DNA of 55,140 nt, from positions 1-55,140 of the forward strand of contig JBOGHG010000001.1 in NCBI GenBank assembly GCA_050744525.1, given 5' to 3'. Origin of the DNA: Acidimicrobiales bacterium (lineage in GTDB: Bacteria > Actinomycetota > Acidimicrobiia > Acidimicrobiales > VFJN01). How positions within the stretch are numbered: the stretch's first letter is position 1; each line of letters opens with the position of its first letter. Below are positions 1 to 9,227 of this stretch, piece by piece. The notes under the pieces were generated by a model, which saw only the letters and a program-made list of their open reading frames with translations, made no database searches and had not been told where the DNA came from. The position numbers and the translations under genes were made by a program.

Positions 1-2
1 TG

Positions 3-206
3 CGCGGTGTTCCCGACGATGTCGGTCGACGGCTACGGGCGCTCGCGGCGAGGGAAGGCCTCTCGGTCTCGGCATTCGCTGTCCGTGAGCTGGCTGAGAT
101 CGCCAGGCGAGCCGACAATGCCGCGTTGCTCGGCGACCTTCCGGATCTCGGCGTCTCGGGCGACGATGTCGTCGCTGACCTGGACGCCGCTCGCGCACAG
201 CGGTGA
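3..206 (+). CDS. Ribbon-helix-helix antitoxin (VapB/Arc-like), N-terminus lies off the window
   Basis: Frame-3 translation reads ...VPDDVGRRLRALAAREGLSVSAFAVRELAEIARR... Its TGA stop (204-206) overlaps the GTG start of the downstream PIN gene (GTGA). Confidence 0.65.
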   Translation, partial: RGVPDDVGRRLRALAAREGLSVSAFAVRELAEIARRADNAALLGDLPDLGVSGDDVVADLDAARAQR

Positions 207-586
207 TCGTGCTCGACGCCTCCGCCGCCGTGCTTGGGTTGCTCAACGACGGCGATGCCCGCCGAACGCTGACGTTGGAGCCAGTTGCCGTTCCGCACCT
301 CGCCGACTCCGAGGTCGCGAACAGCCTGCGGGTTCAGGTGCTTCGCGGAACGGCCGGCGAGGCCGAGGCCGAGGCAGCGCTCGCGGCCTGGATGCGACTC
401 GGGATCCGTCGGTTCGCGGCAGTCGGCCTTCTCGGCCGCGCGTGGGAGCTTCGCGAGAGCATGACGGCGTACGACGCGACGTATGTCGCGCTGGCGGAGG
501 CCATCGGCGGCGAGCTGGTGACGGCCGACCGACGGGTGGCCGCAGCTCCGGGCCCTGTGTGCCCGATCGCCGTCATCCGCAGCTGA
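203..586 (+). CDS. vapC: PIN-domain toxin (VapC family ribonuclease)
   Basis: 127 aa. N-terminal IVLDASA acidic motif and a later YDATYVALAE motif are typical of PIN/VapC. It is translationally coupled to an upstream RHH antitoxin. Confidence 0.85.
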   Translation: MIVLDASAAVLGLLNDGDARRTLTLEPVAVPHLADSEVANSLRVQVLRGTAGEAEAEAALAAWMRLGIRRFAAVGLLGRAWELRESMTAYDATYVALAEAIGGELVTADRRVAAAPGPVCPIAVIRS

Positions 587-819
587 CCGGCCTACAGCGC
601 GTGCCGTGAGTTGACCAACCAGGCGGAGCCCGATGAGCCGGTGGCCGACGGCCTGGGTTCGCTCGCGCGCTCCTCACAGGTGGTCAAGCGACCCGGTAGG
701 TCGAACCAGGAGCGTGCGGCGATCGTCTCTACGGGCGATGGATGACATGCGCTGGCGCTACCGGCCCGTCGCCGGATGCAACACCGGAACCGCGCCGGGG
801 CGGGTGGTGTAGGAGGGGC

Positions 820-1380
820 ATGATGAAGGCGCGCCTGTTCGTCGTGGTCGGCTCGGCTCTGGTCGGCGTCGTGGTGTCGGCGTCGGCGGCGTCGGCTGGG
901 GGCTGGGCCATGAGCTCGTTGGACCCGATGTCGGTGCCCGTCGCGGGTGAGGAGACCGAGGTGGGGTTCACGATCCGCCAGCACGGCGTGACCCCCGTCA
1001 ACCCCGACGAGCAGGGAAGCGAACCGGTCGCGGTGGTGGTACGGTCGGCGTCGGGCGACGAGGCGGTCTTCCCGGCGCACCAGCAGGGACCGACGGGTCA
1101 TCATGTCGCGGACGTCACGTTCGGCGAGGCGGGCCGGGCCCATTGGGAGATCCGCCAGGGGTGGTTCGGTTCGCAGGACCTGGGGGCGATCGAGGTCGCC
1201 GAGGCCGGCAGCGGTGTGGGTGTTGCCGGAGCCGCGGATACCAACCAGGCCATTGCCGACTTCCGCTGGCCGTTGGCGGCACGCGTCGCCGCGATGGTGG
1301 TGGCGGTCGCAGCGGCGGGCGTGGCGGTGGCCGACGCACGGCGCAGCCGCCGCCGGGCGGCCGAGGCCGTGCCGCTGTGA
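820..1380 (+). CDS. Hypothetical exported protein with signal peptide and C-terminal TM anchor
   Basis: ATG at 820 is preceded by AGGAGGGG. The N-terminus MMKARLFVVVGSALVGVVVSASAASA looks like a signal peptide. The C-terminus has a hydrophobic stretch AARVAAMVVAVAAAGVAVA followed by RRSRRR. The upstream part of the track ORF (742-819) was judged non-coding. Confidence 0.6.
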   Translation: MMKARLFVVVGSALVGVVVSASAASAGGWAMSSLDPMSVPVAGEETEVGFTIRQHGVTPVNPDEQGSEPVAVVVRSASGDEAVFPAHQQGPTGHHVADVTFGEAGRAHWEIRQGWFGSQDLGAIEVAEAGSGVGVAGAADTNQAIADFRWPLAARVAAMVVAVAAAGVAVADARRSRRRAAEAVPL

Positions 1381-1784
1381 CTGTCCGAGGTGTCGCCGCG
1401 GCGGTCGTCGCCGTGGTGGCGGCCGCGGGGGCGATCGTCGGGTGGGGCACAGCGTCGGTCCAGGACGCGACCCGGGCCGTCCGCGGCGATCCTCTCGAGG
1501 GGGCGACGCTGTTCCGCACCAAGGGCTGCGCGTCGTGCCACACCGGACCCGAGACCGAAGCGATTGTCGGGATCGGCCCTGACCTGTCGGACGCCGCCTC
1601 GTGGGCCGGCGATCGGCGTCCCGGGATGAGCGCCGAAGACTACGTCGCCGAGTCGGTGCGCACTCCGGGGGCGTTCACGTCTCCGGCGTTCGAACCCATC
1701 GGAGGGCCGACACAGGCGATGCCCGTGCTCGACGTCTCCGACGCCGAGCTCGACGCCTTGGTCAGATACCTGCTGGGGAGCTGA
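1377..1784 (+). CDS. Membrane-anchored mono-heme c-type cytochrome
   Basis: GTG at 1377 overlaps the stop of the previous gene (GTGA). N-terminal TM AAAVVAVVAAAGAIVGW, CxxCH motif (CASCH) and a distal Met (QAMPV) are present. Confidence 0.75.
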   Translation: MTVRGVAAAVVAVVAAAGAIVGWGTASVQDATRAVRGDPLEGATLFRTKGCASCHTGPETEAIVGIGPDLSDAASWAGDRRPGMSAEDYVAESVRTPGAFTSPAFEPIGGPTQAMPVLDVSDAELDALVRYLLGS

Positions 1785-1806
1785 GCCCCCGGCCGCTCGA
1801 TGGTCG

Positions 1807-3306
1807 TCACAGCTCGATCTCCGGATAGAGCGGGTGCCGCGCCAGGAGATCGGTCACCCTCGACCGGCCTGCGTCGGCCACGGCATCCTCGAGACGGAAC
1901 TCGACGCGCGACGGCTTGCCCCTGTTCGGCCCGGATGCGACCACGCCGGCAGACGTGGCTCGGAGGACGTCGGCGAGTACGTCGGCGACCTCGCGCATGT
2001 CGTCGTCACCCATCCCGAGTGTCGTGACTGCGGGTGTCCCCAGCCGGAGGCCGCTCGTGTACCAGGGGCCGTTGGTCTCGTCGGGGACGACGTTGCGGTT
2101 CAGCGTGATCCCGGCGGTGCGGAGCGCTGATTCCGCCTGCCGGCCGGTCAGCCCGAAGCGCCGAACGTCGACGAGAACGAGGTGGTTGTCGGTACCGCCG
2201 GTGACGACGGGGATGCCTCGGGCCAACAGTCGCTCGGCCAGGGCCCTGGCGTTGTCGACCACTGCGGCCGCGTAGGTCTGGAACGACGGCTGGGACGCCT
2301 CGGCCAAGGCCACCGCCTTGGCCGCCATGACGTGGGGAAGCGGGCCACCCAACACCATCGGGCACCCGCGGTCGACGAACTCGGCAAGGGCGCCTTCGCA
2401 CAGTACGAGACCGCCGCGCGGGCCGCGCAGCGTCTTGTGCGTTGTGGTGGTGACGATGTGCGCGTGCGGGACAGGATCGAAGTCGCCGGTGAGGGCCTTG
2501 CCGGCCACCAACCCGGCGAAATGCGCCATGTCGACCATGAGGCTGGCGCCGACCTCGTCGGCGATCTCCCGCATCACCCGGAAGTTCACGAGCCGGGGAT
2601 AGGAGCTGTAACCAGCGATCAGGATCAGCGGCCGCTCCTGGCGGGCACGCCGCCGAACCTCGTCGTAGTCCAACAAGAAGGTCTCGGGGTCGACGCCATA
2701 GGACCGGTGCCGGAACAGCTTCCCTGAGATGTTCGGTCGGAAGCCGTGGGTCAGGTGCCCGCCGGCCTGAAGCGCCATCCCCAGCAGCGTCTGGTTACCG
2801 AGCTCCTGGCGCAGCTCCTCCCAAGCGGCGTCGGACAGATCGCTGACATTGGCGGCCCTCAGGCGCTCGAGCGCTGGAGATTCCACACGTTGCGACAGCA
2901 CGGCCCAGAACGCGACCAAGTTGGCGTCGATGCCGCTGTGCGGTTGGGCGTAGGCATGGTCCGCCCCGAAGAGCACGCAGGCCAGCTCGTCGGCGCGCCC
3001 CTCGACGGCATCGACGTTGTCGCAGCCGGCGTAGAAGCGGTGGCCCGGCGCCCCCTCCGCGTACTTGTCGCTCAACCAGTTGCCCATAGCCAGCAGCACC
3101 GCGGGGCTGGCGAAGTTCTCGCTTGCGATCAGCTTGAGATGGGTGCGCTGATCAGCCAGCTCCCGGAGGACCGCGCCGGCCACCCCCGGCTCGACGCTGG
3201 CGACAGCATCAAGGCCGGCCGAGAAGGCGATCGTCTCGACCGACAGCCCATCAGTGGGGACCCCGAAGCGGGATAGGTAGGTCTCGAGCAGCGTGCCTAC
3301 GGCCAT
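1807..3306 (-). CDS. glyA: Serine hydroxymethyltransferase
   Basis: Motifs LIASENF, SDKYAEG and [14 protein letters not shown] (PLP-lysine motif), with C-terminal HPLYPE. The chosen start is the ATG at 3306, which has GGAG 5 nt upstream. The track ORF extends to 3396. Confidence 0.9.
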   Translation of the reverse strand: MAVGTLLETYLSRFGVPTDGLSVETIAFSAGLDAVASVEPGVAGAVLRELADQRTHLKLIASENFASPAVLLAMGNWLSDKYAEGAPGHRFYAGCDNVDAVEGRADELACVLFGADHAYAQPHSGIDANLVAFWAVLSQRVESPALERLRAANVSDLSDAAWEELRQELGNQTLLGMALQAGGHLTHGFRPNISGKLFRHRSYGVDPETFLLDYDEVRRRARQERPLILIAGYSSYPRLVNFRVMREIADEVGASLMVDMAHFAGLVAGKALTGDFDPVPHAHIVTTTTHKTLRGPRGGLVLCEGALAEFVDRGCPMVLGGPLPHVMAAKAVALAEASQPSFQTYAAAVVDNARALAERLLARGIPVVTGGTDNHLVLVDVRRFGLTGRQAESALRTAGITLNRNVVPDETNGPWYTSGLRLGTPAVTTLGMGDDDMREVADVLADVLRATSAGVVASGPNRGKPSRVEFRLEDAVADAGRSRVTDLLARHPLYPEIEL

Positions 3307-3553
3307 GAGGACTCCATCGTTCTCAGCGGCCCAGGCGTTCGGCGCAGCTTCGGGGTCGCTCCCCGGTGGTCGGTTCCACCTCGCAACGCCAGTCACGACC
3401 CGGGCCGAAGGCTACCCCGTCACAAGGAGCGCTCGCTCCGGCGACGAGGAGCCCGTCCGCGTCATCTGATCCGAGCCACCGGCCCGCGCGACGTCGGACG
3501 TGCGCCCTTTGGTAGCTTCGCACGGTGACCTCGACGCGAGGGGGGTTGGACCG

Positions 3554-5371
3554 ATGAGACGACGCGGGCCACGTCGATACCTCGCCGCAGCTGCGGCGGC
3601 AATGGCAGTGCTGATGCTCGCACCGCTGATGACGGCCGGTGCCTCGGCCTCCGGCGGCACGACGCCTCGGCCCGACTTCACGCTCACGATCCTGCACAAC
3701 AACGACGGCGAGTCGAGCCTGCTGCCGACGACCGTCGACGACGTGGAGTTCGGCGGCATCGCCCGGTTCCAGCGCAAGGTCGACAGGCTGCGGCTCGCGT
3801 CGCACTTCTCCTTCGATCGCGGGGAATCCCGCAAGCGCGGCGTCGTGCTGCTGAACTCCGGTGACAACTACCTCGCCGGTACCACGTTCCAGGCGTCCCA
3901 GGAGCCGGGTGCACCGTTCTTCGACGGGATCGCCGTCCGGTTGCTCCGCTACGACGCCCTGGCCATCGGGAACCACGAGTTCGACTTCGGCCCCGCAACG
4001 TTCGCCCGATTCGTCGACACGGTGGACAGGCGCACGCCGTTCGTCTCGGCGAACCTCGACTTCTCCGGCGAGCCCTCGCTCGCCGGGCTCGTCGGCGACC
4101 GGCTGGTGAGCAGCACGGTGATCAGGGAGCGCGGCGAGAAGATCGGCGTGGTCGGCCTCACGACACCGTCCCTGCCGACGATCTCGTCGCCCGGTGGGGT
4201 CCAGGTCCTCACCGACCTCGCGGGCATCGCCCAGGCCCAGATCGACGACCTGACCCAGAGCGGCGTCGACAAGATCGTCCTGATCTCGCACCTCCAGGGC
4301 CTGACCAGCGAGATCGACCTGGTCGGTGACCTCCGCGATGTCGACGTCGTCATCGGCGGCGGTGGCGACGAGGTCCTCGCCGACGCCGACGACCCGCTCT
4401 TCCCCGGCGACGCCGACAACGTGTTCGGCACCTACCCGCAGGTCGCCGTCGATGCCGACGGCGTCCAGGTGCCGGTCGTCACCACCCCGGGCAACTACCG
4501 CTACGTCGGGAACCTCGATGTGACGTTCGACCGCGACGGCGACGTCCTGTCGTGGGACGAGAGCGACTCCGGGATCAAGCTCGTCGCCAGCAGTGGGCCC
4601 GGCGCCGTCGGCGAGTCGATCCTCCAGAAGCGGTTCGTCCAGGAGCCCGTGGCCGCGTTCGTCGCCGATCTGGCCGCCGACATCATCGGCGAATCCGAGG
4701 TGGTGCTCGACTGCGAGCGCAACGAGGTGCGCGGCGTGGAGGCCAACTGCGGCAACCTCATCGCCGACGGGTTGCTCTCCACCGCCCAGCAACGAGCGGC
4801 GGATTTCGGTGTGGACACGCCCCAGGCGGCGGTCCAGAACGGCGGCGGCATCCGCGGCGAGATCGACCAGCCCGCCGGCCCGATCTCCGTGGCCGACACC
4901 TTCCGCCTCGCCCCGTTCGGCAACTTCGTGGCCATCGCCGAAGACGTTCCCGCCGAAACGTTCCGCCAGATCGTCGAGGAGGGTGCGATCGCGCTGCCCG
5001 CACCGGGTGACGGCGGCTTCGTTCAGATCGCCGGTGCCACGATCGTCATCGACCCGAGCTTCCAGGCAAGGGTCGCCGATCAGACCACGGGCGTGCAGTC
5101 GGTGCCCGGTGCGCGGGTCCGGTCGCTCGTCCTCGACGACGGCACCGTGGTCGTGGCCAACGGCGTCACGCAGGACGTGACCGTCGACCTCGCAGGGCTG
5201 AACTTCTCGTTCAACGGCGGCGACGCCTACCCGGCGGTGCCGTTCACGACCCTCGGCATCAGCGACCAGCAGTCGCTGCAGGGCTACATCGAGGGCCCGC
5301 TCGGCGGCATCGTGACCGAGGCGCAGTACCCCCGTGGGGGAGAAGGGCGGATCACGATCGTCACGCCCTAG
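3554..5371 (+). CDS. Secreted 5'-nucleotidase / metallophosphoesterase (UshA-like)
   Basis: Signal-like N-terminus RRYLAAAAAAMAVLMLAPLMTAGASA. Metallophosphatase motifs ILHNNDGES, GDNY and GNHEFDFG, plus a C-terminal nucleotidase-type domain. ATG at 3554 follows GAGGGGGG. Confidence 0.8.
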   Translation: MRRRGPRRYLAAAAAAMAVLMLAPLMTAGASASGGTTPRPDFTLTILHNNDGESSLLPTTVDDVEFGGIARFQRKVDRLRLASHFSFDRGESRKRGVVLLNSGDNYLAGTTFQASQEPGAPFFDGIAVRLLRYDALAIGNHEFDFGPATFARFVDTVDRRTPFVSANLDFSGEPSLAGLVGDRLVSSTVIRERGEKIGVVGLTTPSLPTISSPGGVQVLTDLAGIAQAQIDDLTQSGVDKIVLISHLQGLTSEIDLVGDLRDVDVVIGGGGDEVLADADDPLFPGDADNVFGTYPQVAVDADGVQVPVVTTPGNYRYVGNLDVTFDRDGDVLSWDESDSGIKLVASSGPGAVGESILQKRFVQEPVAAFVADLAADIIGESEVVLDCERNEVRGVEANCGNLIADGLLSTAQQRAADFGVDTPQAAVQNGGGIRGEIDQPAGPISVADTFRLAPFGNFVAIAEDVPAETFRQIVEEGAIALPAPGDGGFVQIAGATIVIDPSFQARVADQTTGVQSVPGARVRSLVLDDGTVVVANGVTQDVTVDLAGLNFSFNGGDAYPAVPFTTLGISDQQSLQGYIEGPLGGIVTEAQYPRGGEGRITIVTP

Positions 5372-5398
5372 CGTTCCAGTTGGCCCAGCGAAGTCGAG

Positions 5399-6325
5399 CT
5401 AGGACGTACCGACGTCCAGGTTGTCGAGGCTTTCGGCGGCGACGTCGAGGAATGCAGCCGCTGCTGCGGTCTGGCGGAGGTCCTCGTGCCAGACGGCCAC
5501 CAGGCGCCGGGGCCGAACCGGTGGGAGCACGGGCACCAGCCGTGTGCCGGGGTGATCCGGGTCGAGGGTGAGCCACGGGAGGAGGGCGTAGGCCAAGCCG
5601 GCGGCGACGCAGCCCTGCAGGGTCGGGTTGTCGTCGAACCGGTAGGGGAACCGGGGGCGCTGCGGCAGTCCGGCGAACAGGTCCACGATCTGGGCATGGT
5701 CGGCATCGGCCCTCCAGCCGATCAGAGGCACGCCGGCGATGTCGGCGAGGCTCACGTTCGGGCGGCGGGCCAGGTCCGAGGATGTCGGCGCGACGAACAC
5801 GTACGGGTCGTCGAACAGGGGCCGGGTGAGGAACGGCCCCGGCGGCAACGGCAGGTTGACGAAGGCCAGGTCGAGCTCGCCGCGCTCGACTTCGACGAGG
5901 AGGTGGCGCGGCTCGAGGGCCGGGCTGATGTGGACCTCGACCCCTGGCCACGACTCGAGGAACCGGCTCAGCAGGCCGGGCAGCACCCTGGCTCCCACGC
6001 TCTGGAGGACGCCGACCCGCAGGCTGCCCGCCTGCCCGGTGGCCAGCGCCGCCACGTCCGACTCGGCGGCGTGGAGTCGGGCGATGACGGCATCGGCGTG
6101 GGGCAGGAACGCCTCGCCGATCGCGGTCAGGCGCACGGGTCGGGGGCCGCCGGGTCGGTTGAACAGCGACGCGCCGACGAGCCGCTCGAGGGCCGCCACC
6201 TGCTGGCTGACACCGGACTGGGTGTAGCCCAGCTCTCGGGCCGCGGCGCTGAACGATCCCGCCGAGATCACGGCCCGGAACGCGAGGAGGTGGCGCAGCT
6301 CGATGCCCTGCCACCTCGTGGCCAC
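5399..6325 (-). CDS. LysR-family transcriptional regulator
   Basis: N-terminal HTH IELRHLLAFRAVISAGSFSAAARELGYTQSGVSQQVAALE and LysR substrate-domain length (308 aa). Confidence 0.9.
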   Translation of the reverse strand: MATRWQGIELRHLLAFRAVISAGSFSAAARELGYTQSGVSQQVAALERLVGASLFNRPGGPRPVRLTAIGEAFLPHADAVIARLHAAESDVAALATGQAGSLRVGVLQSVGARVLPGLLSRFLESWPGVEVHISPALEPRHLLVEVERGELDLAFVNLPLPPGPFLTRPLFDDPYVFVAPTSSDLARRPNVSLADIAGVPLIGWRADADHAQIVDLFAGLPQRPRFPYRFDDNPTLQGCVAAGLAYALLPWLTLDPDHPGTRLVPVLPPVRPRRLVAVWHEDLRQTAAAAAFLDVAAESLDNLDVGTS

Positions 6326-6394
6326 CAGTGATGAACGCGGCGGCTGCGGAGACCCGGCCCCCGAGTGCTCGGAGCCCGGCGCCGAGCCTCCCGT

Positions 6395-6470
6395 CGAACC
6401 ATTAGTAGTAGTGATGGAAATGGACTCTAACGCGCTCTTTACTTATGAACCTCGGTTTTGTCATGGTGGC
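6395..6470. promoter_or_regulatory. AT-rich patch in the lysR upstream region (possible promoter/operator)
   Basis: ccattagtagtagtgatggaaatggactctaacgcgctctttacttatgaacctcggttttgtcat stands out against the GC-rich flanks. It contains a T-N11-A string (ttagtagtagtga) but no clean dyad. Confidence 0.3.
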
Positions 6471-6629
6471 CGCGTCGGGATCTTCGGTAGCGAGGATCCG
6501 CGGCGGGTGGCGGCCCGGTCACCCAGGCATCCTCCGCCCTCCCCCGGGGCGTGGCCGGGCCGCGCCCGGACTTCCGCCTCCCCCGGCACTGGCCCCCGGT
6601 CGCTGACCGAGGGCCAGTGTCGCGGGCGG

Positions 6630-6660
6630 TCAGGGCCGGAGGATCAGGGCTGGAGGATCA
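6630..6660. repeat. 14-bp tandem duplication spanning the stop codon of the 6644-7567 gene
   Basis: tcagggccggagga (6630-6643) is followed by tcagggctggagga (6644-6657) and then tca. That is 13/14 identity. Confidence 0.8.
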
Positions 6661-7567
6661 CCTTGCCCGGGATGCTCCGGGTCGACTTGGCCATGAACGC
6701 CTCACGAGCGTCGGCGAGGGGGTACACGGCGCCGACCTGCGGGCGGAGCTCGCCGTTGTCGACCAGGCGGGCCAGCTCCACGAGCTGGGGACCGCTGGGC
6801 TCGCGTACGAAGTGGAGCGCCCGGATGTCCTGGCGGTCGGCGGGCGGGGGGGCCACGACCGAGACGAGGGCGCCGCCCGCCTTGACGATCGCCGCTGATC
6901 GGGCGAGCACCTCGCCGCCGATCGTGTCGAGGACGACGTCGGACGGGCCGACCGCGTCCTCCCACCCATCCTGTTCGAGGTCGACGAAGCGGTCGGCGCC
7001 CACGTCCATCGTGAGCGACCGGGCGCCGCTGCGACCCGTGCCGACGGCGTGCGCACCGGCAGACCGGGCGAGCTGCACCGCGACGGAGCCGACGCCGCCG
7101 CCGGCGCCGTGGATGACCGCGGTCTGTCCGGCGGCCAGCTGGCCGTGATCGAACAGTGCCTGCCAGGAGGTGAGCCCGGCCTGGGGGAGAGCGGCGGCGT
7201 GCGTGTGATCGACCGTCGTCGGCTTCGGTGCCACGTCGCGAGCCTCCACGGCGATGAGCTCGGCAGCGGCCCCGTCGCGGTACCCGTCGATGAGCCCATA
7301 GACCTCGTCGCCCACGGCCACCCCGGCGGTGCCGTAGCCGAGGGCGGCGACGACGCCCGAGAACTCGTGAGCGGGGATGATGGGCGCGCGATCGTGGCCC
7401 GCTCGGTCGGTCCAGAGCGGCCACTGCAACTCGGTGGGGGTGAAGCCGGCGGCGTGCACCCTGACGAGGACATCGCCAACGGCGGGCAGCGGGTCCGGTG
7501 CTTCCTCGTAGACGAGGCCGTCGATCCCTTCGAGGCCCACGGGCTCATGGACGCGGGCGGCCTTCAT
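6644..7567 (-). CDS. NADPH:quinone-oxidoreductase-like medium-chain dehydrogenase/reductase
   Basis: MKAARVHE... PAHEFSGVV... IHGAGGGVGSVAVQLA Rossmann motif. ATG at 7567 is preceded by GGAGA. The rest of track ORF 6644-8452 is a shadow of the sigma-factor gene. Confidence 0.85.
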   Translation of the reverse strand: MKAARVHEPVGLEGIDGLVYEEAPDPLPAVGDVLVRVHAAGFTPTELQWPLWTDRAGHDRAPIIPAHEFSGVVAALGYGTAGVAVGDEVYGLIDGYRDGAAAELIAVEARDVAPKPTTVDHTHAAALPQAGLTSWQALFDHGQLAAGQTAVIHGAGGGVGSVAVQLARSAGAHAVGTGRSGARSLTMDVGADRFVDLEQDGWEDAVGPSDVVLDTIGGEVLARSAAIVKAGGALVSVVAPPPADRQDIRALHFVREPSGPQLVELARLVDNGELRPQVGAVYPLADAREAFMAKSTRSIPGKVILQP

Positions 7568-7658
7568 CGGGATGTCTCCATCGTTGCTGCTCCTCCGGTC
7601 ACTTCGGCTGGCTTCTTTCGTCACTGCAATGACACGACGTGACGAGGGAATGTGACCG

Positions 7659-8540
7659 ATGGACGAGCACGACTGGTTGGCGGAACGATTCGAGGAGCAC
7701 CGGCCCCACCTGTGGGCCGTGGCGTACAGGATGCTCGGCTCGCTCAGCGAGGCCGACGACGCCGTCCAGGAGACCTGGCTGAGGCTCAGCCGAGCCGACA
7801 CCGGTGACGTCGAGAACCTGGGCGGATGGCTCACGACGGTCGTCTCCCGCGTGTGCCTGAACCGGCTGCGCTCCCGCAACTCCCGGCGCGAGGAGCCCCT
7901 GGACGTGCATGTGCCGGATCCGGTCGTCCGCCGAGAGGACGACGGCGATCCCGAGCACGAAGCGGAGCTCGTCGACTCGGTCGGCCTCGCGCTGCTCGTG
8001 GTGCTCGAGACGCTCGCTCCCGCGGAGCGGCTGGCGTTCGTCCTCCACGACATGTTCGCGGTGCCCTTCGAAGAGATCGCCACCATCACGGGACGCTCAC
8101 CGGCCGCGGCCCGACAGCTCGCCAGCCGGGCGCGGCGGCGGGTGCAGGGAGCGGCCACACCCGACGTCGACCTCTCCCGCCAGCGAGAGGTGGTGAACGC
8201 GTTCTTCGCAGCCGCCCGCGACGGTGACTTCGACGCGTTGGTCGCAGTGCTCGACCCGGACATCGTGCTGCGATCCGACGGCGGCGCCGCACGTCCGGCC
8301 ATCTCGGTGGTGGTTCGGGGTGCGGAGGCCGTCGCCGAGCGGGCGCTAACCTTCGCACGCCTCTCACCGTTCGTGCGACCGGCGCTGGTGAACGGCGCGG
8401 CAGGCGTCGTCGTGGCGCCCGGCGGGCGACCGGTGTCGGTCATGGGCTTCACGGTCAGGGGCGGCAGGATCGTCGAGATCCACGCGGTTGCCGACCCCGA
8501 GCGCCTCGCCCACCTCGACCTGCCGGTCCTCGAAGAATGA
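7659..8540 (+). CDS. ECF sigma factor, SigJ/ECF41-like, with C-terminal SnoaL-like extension
   Basis: Region 2 reads HRPHLWAVAYRMLGSLSEADDAVQETWLRL and region 4 reads FEEIATITGRSPAAARQLASRARRRV. A roughly 100-aa extension follows (VVNAFFAAARDGDFDALVAVLDPD...). No anti-sigma gene is adjacent. Confidence 0.85.
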   Translation: MDEHDWLAERFEEHRPHLWAVAYRMLGSLSEADDAVQETWLRLSRADTGDVENLGGWLTTVVSRVCLNRLRSRNSRREEPLDVHVPDPVVRREDDGDPEHEAELVDSVGLALLVVLETLAPAERLAFVLHDMFAVPFEEIATITGRSPAAARQLASRARRRVQGAATPDVDLSRQREVVNAFFAAARDGDFDALVAVLDPDIVLRSDGGAARPAISVVVRGAEAVAERALTFARLSPFVRPALVNGAAGVVVAPGGRPVSVMGFTVRGGRIVEIHAVADPERLAHLDLPVLEE

Positions 8541-8542
8541 GC

Positions 8543-8932
8543 TCAGCCATCGCCGAAAGCCCGTAGGAACATCGACGTCGTTCGCCGCAGGTGGTTGGAG
8601 TCGAGGGTGTAGCGCCGTTCCCGGCCGGCCTTCTCGACGTGGACCAGCCCGGAAGCCTCGAGCCGTTGCAGGTGTCGGGTCGTGGTCGACCAGGAGTGGC
8701 TGAACCGATCGGCCAGCTCGCCCGCCGTCATGGACCCGCCGCGCGCATGCAGCGTCACCAGGATGTGGCGGCGATGCTCGTTGGCGAGAGCCCCGAAGAC
8801 GGCCTCGAGCTCGTCCAGCTCGCGCAGGCCCTGCGGCCGCGCGCTCAGAGGGTCTCCTTCGCATCGAAGTGGGGGAAGGCCATCCCGGGCCCCATCGCAC
8901 GGTCCTCGACGAGGGTTGCCATCCTCTCCCAC
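8543..8932 (-). CDS. ArsR/SmtB-family transcriptional regulator (start uncertain)
   Basis: Winged HTH FGALANEHRRHILVTLHARGGSMTAGELADRFSHSWSTTTRHLQRLEASGLV. The only in-frame starts are the GTG at 8932 and the ATG at 8989. Both overlap the 3' end of the upstream ABM gene. Confidence 0.65.
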   Translation of the reverse strand: MGEDGNPRRGPCDGARDGLPPLRCEGDPLSARPQGLRELDELEAVFGALANEHRRHILVTLHARGGSMTAGELADRFSHSWSTTTRHLQRLEASGLVHVEKAGRERRYTLDSNHLRRTTSMFLRAFGDG

Positions 8933-9177
8933 AAGGCTGCGATCCGCGGGTGCTGGTGGGCGCGACCGGGCGCCTCGGCGTCGACCCATTGGAAGATCGC
9001 GACGACGAGCGGCCCGGCGCCGTCCTGGTCCACGTACACCTCCTCGGGACGGCTGGTCGCCAAGCCGAGCTCGGTATAGGTGGAGCGGTGCTCGCGGATC
9101 AGCTCCATGAGCTCCTCGACGCTGTCGGCTCGCGGCCGGTACTGGCAGATGACGGTGTTGTCGATGCGCTCGCTCAT
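8845..9177 (-). CDS. Antibiotic-biosynthesis-monooxygenase (ABM)-like small protein
   Basis: About 110 aa with the ferredoxin-like ABM pattern (VICQYRPR... VVAIFQWVDAEA... ). The ATG at 9177 is preferred over the TTG at 9204. Confidence 0.6.
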   Translation of the reverse strand: MSERIDNTVICQYRPRADSVEELMELIREHRSTYTELGLATSRPEEVYVDQDGAGPLVVAIFQWVDAEAPGRAHQHPRIAALWERMATLVEDRAMGPGMAFPHFDAKETL

Positions 9178-9227
9178 GGCCGAATTATTTCCTAATTCAG
9201 CCAAATATGCAAATGTCTACGGAACGG

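Noticed and set aside
1807-3396. Unusually long SHMT (529 aa in the track) as a fusion protein.
   Set aside because: The extra N-terminal 30 codons lack a ribosome-binding site, while the ATG at 3306 has GGAG upstream. The C-terminal region ends in the normal ...HPLYPE motif. The remaining length difference looks like lineage-typical insertions.
6303-7148. 281-aa plus-strand ORF starting in the lysR upstream gap.
   Set aside because: Its composition is Pro/Arg/Ser-rich. It overlaps the well-supported oxidoreductase gene on the other strand and has no ribosome-binding site.
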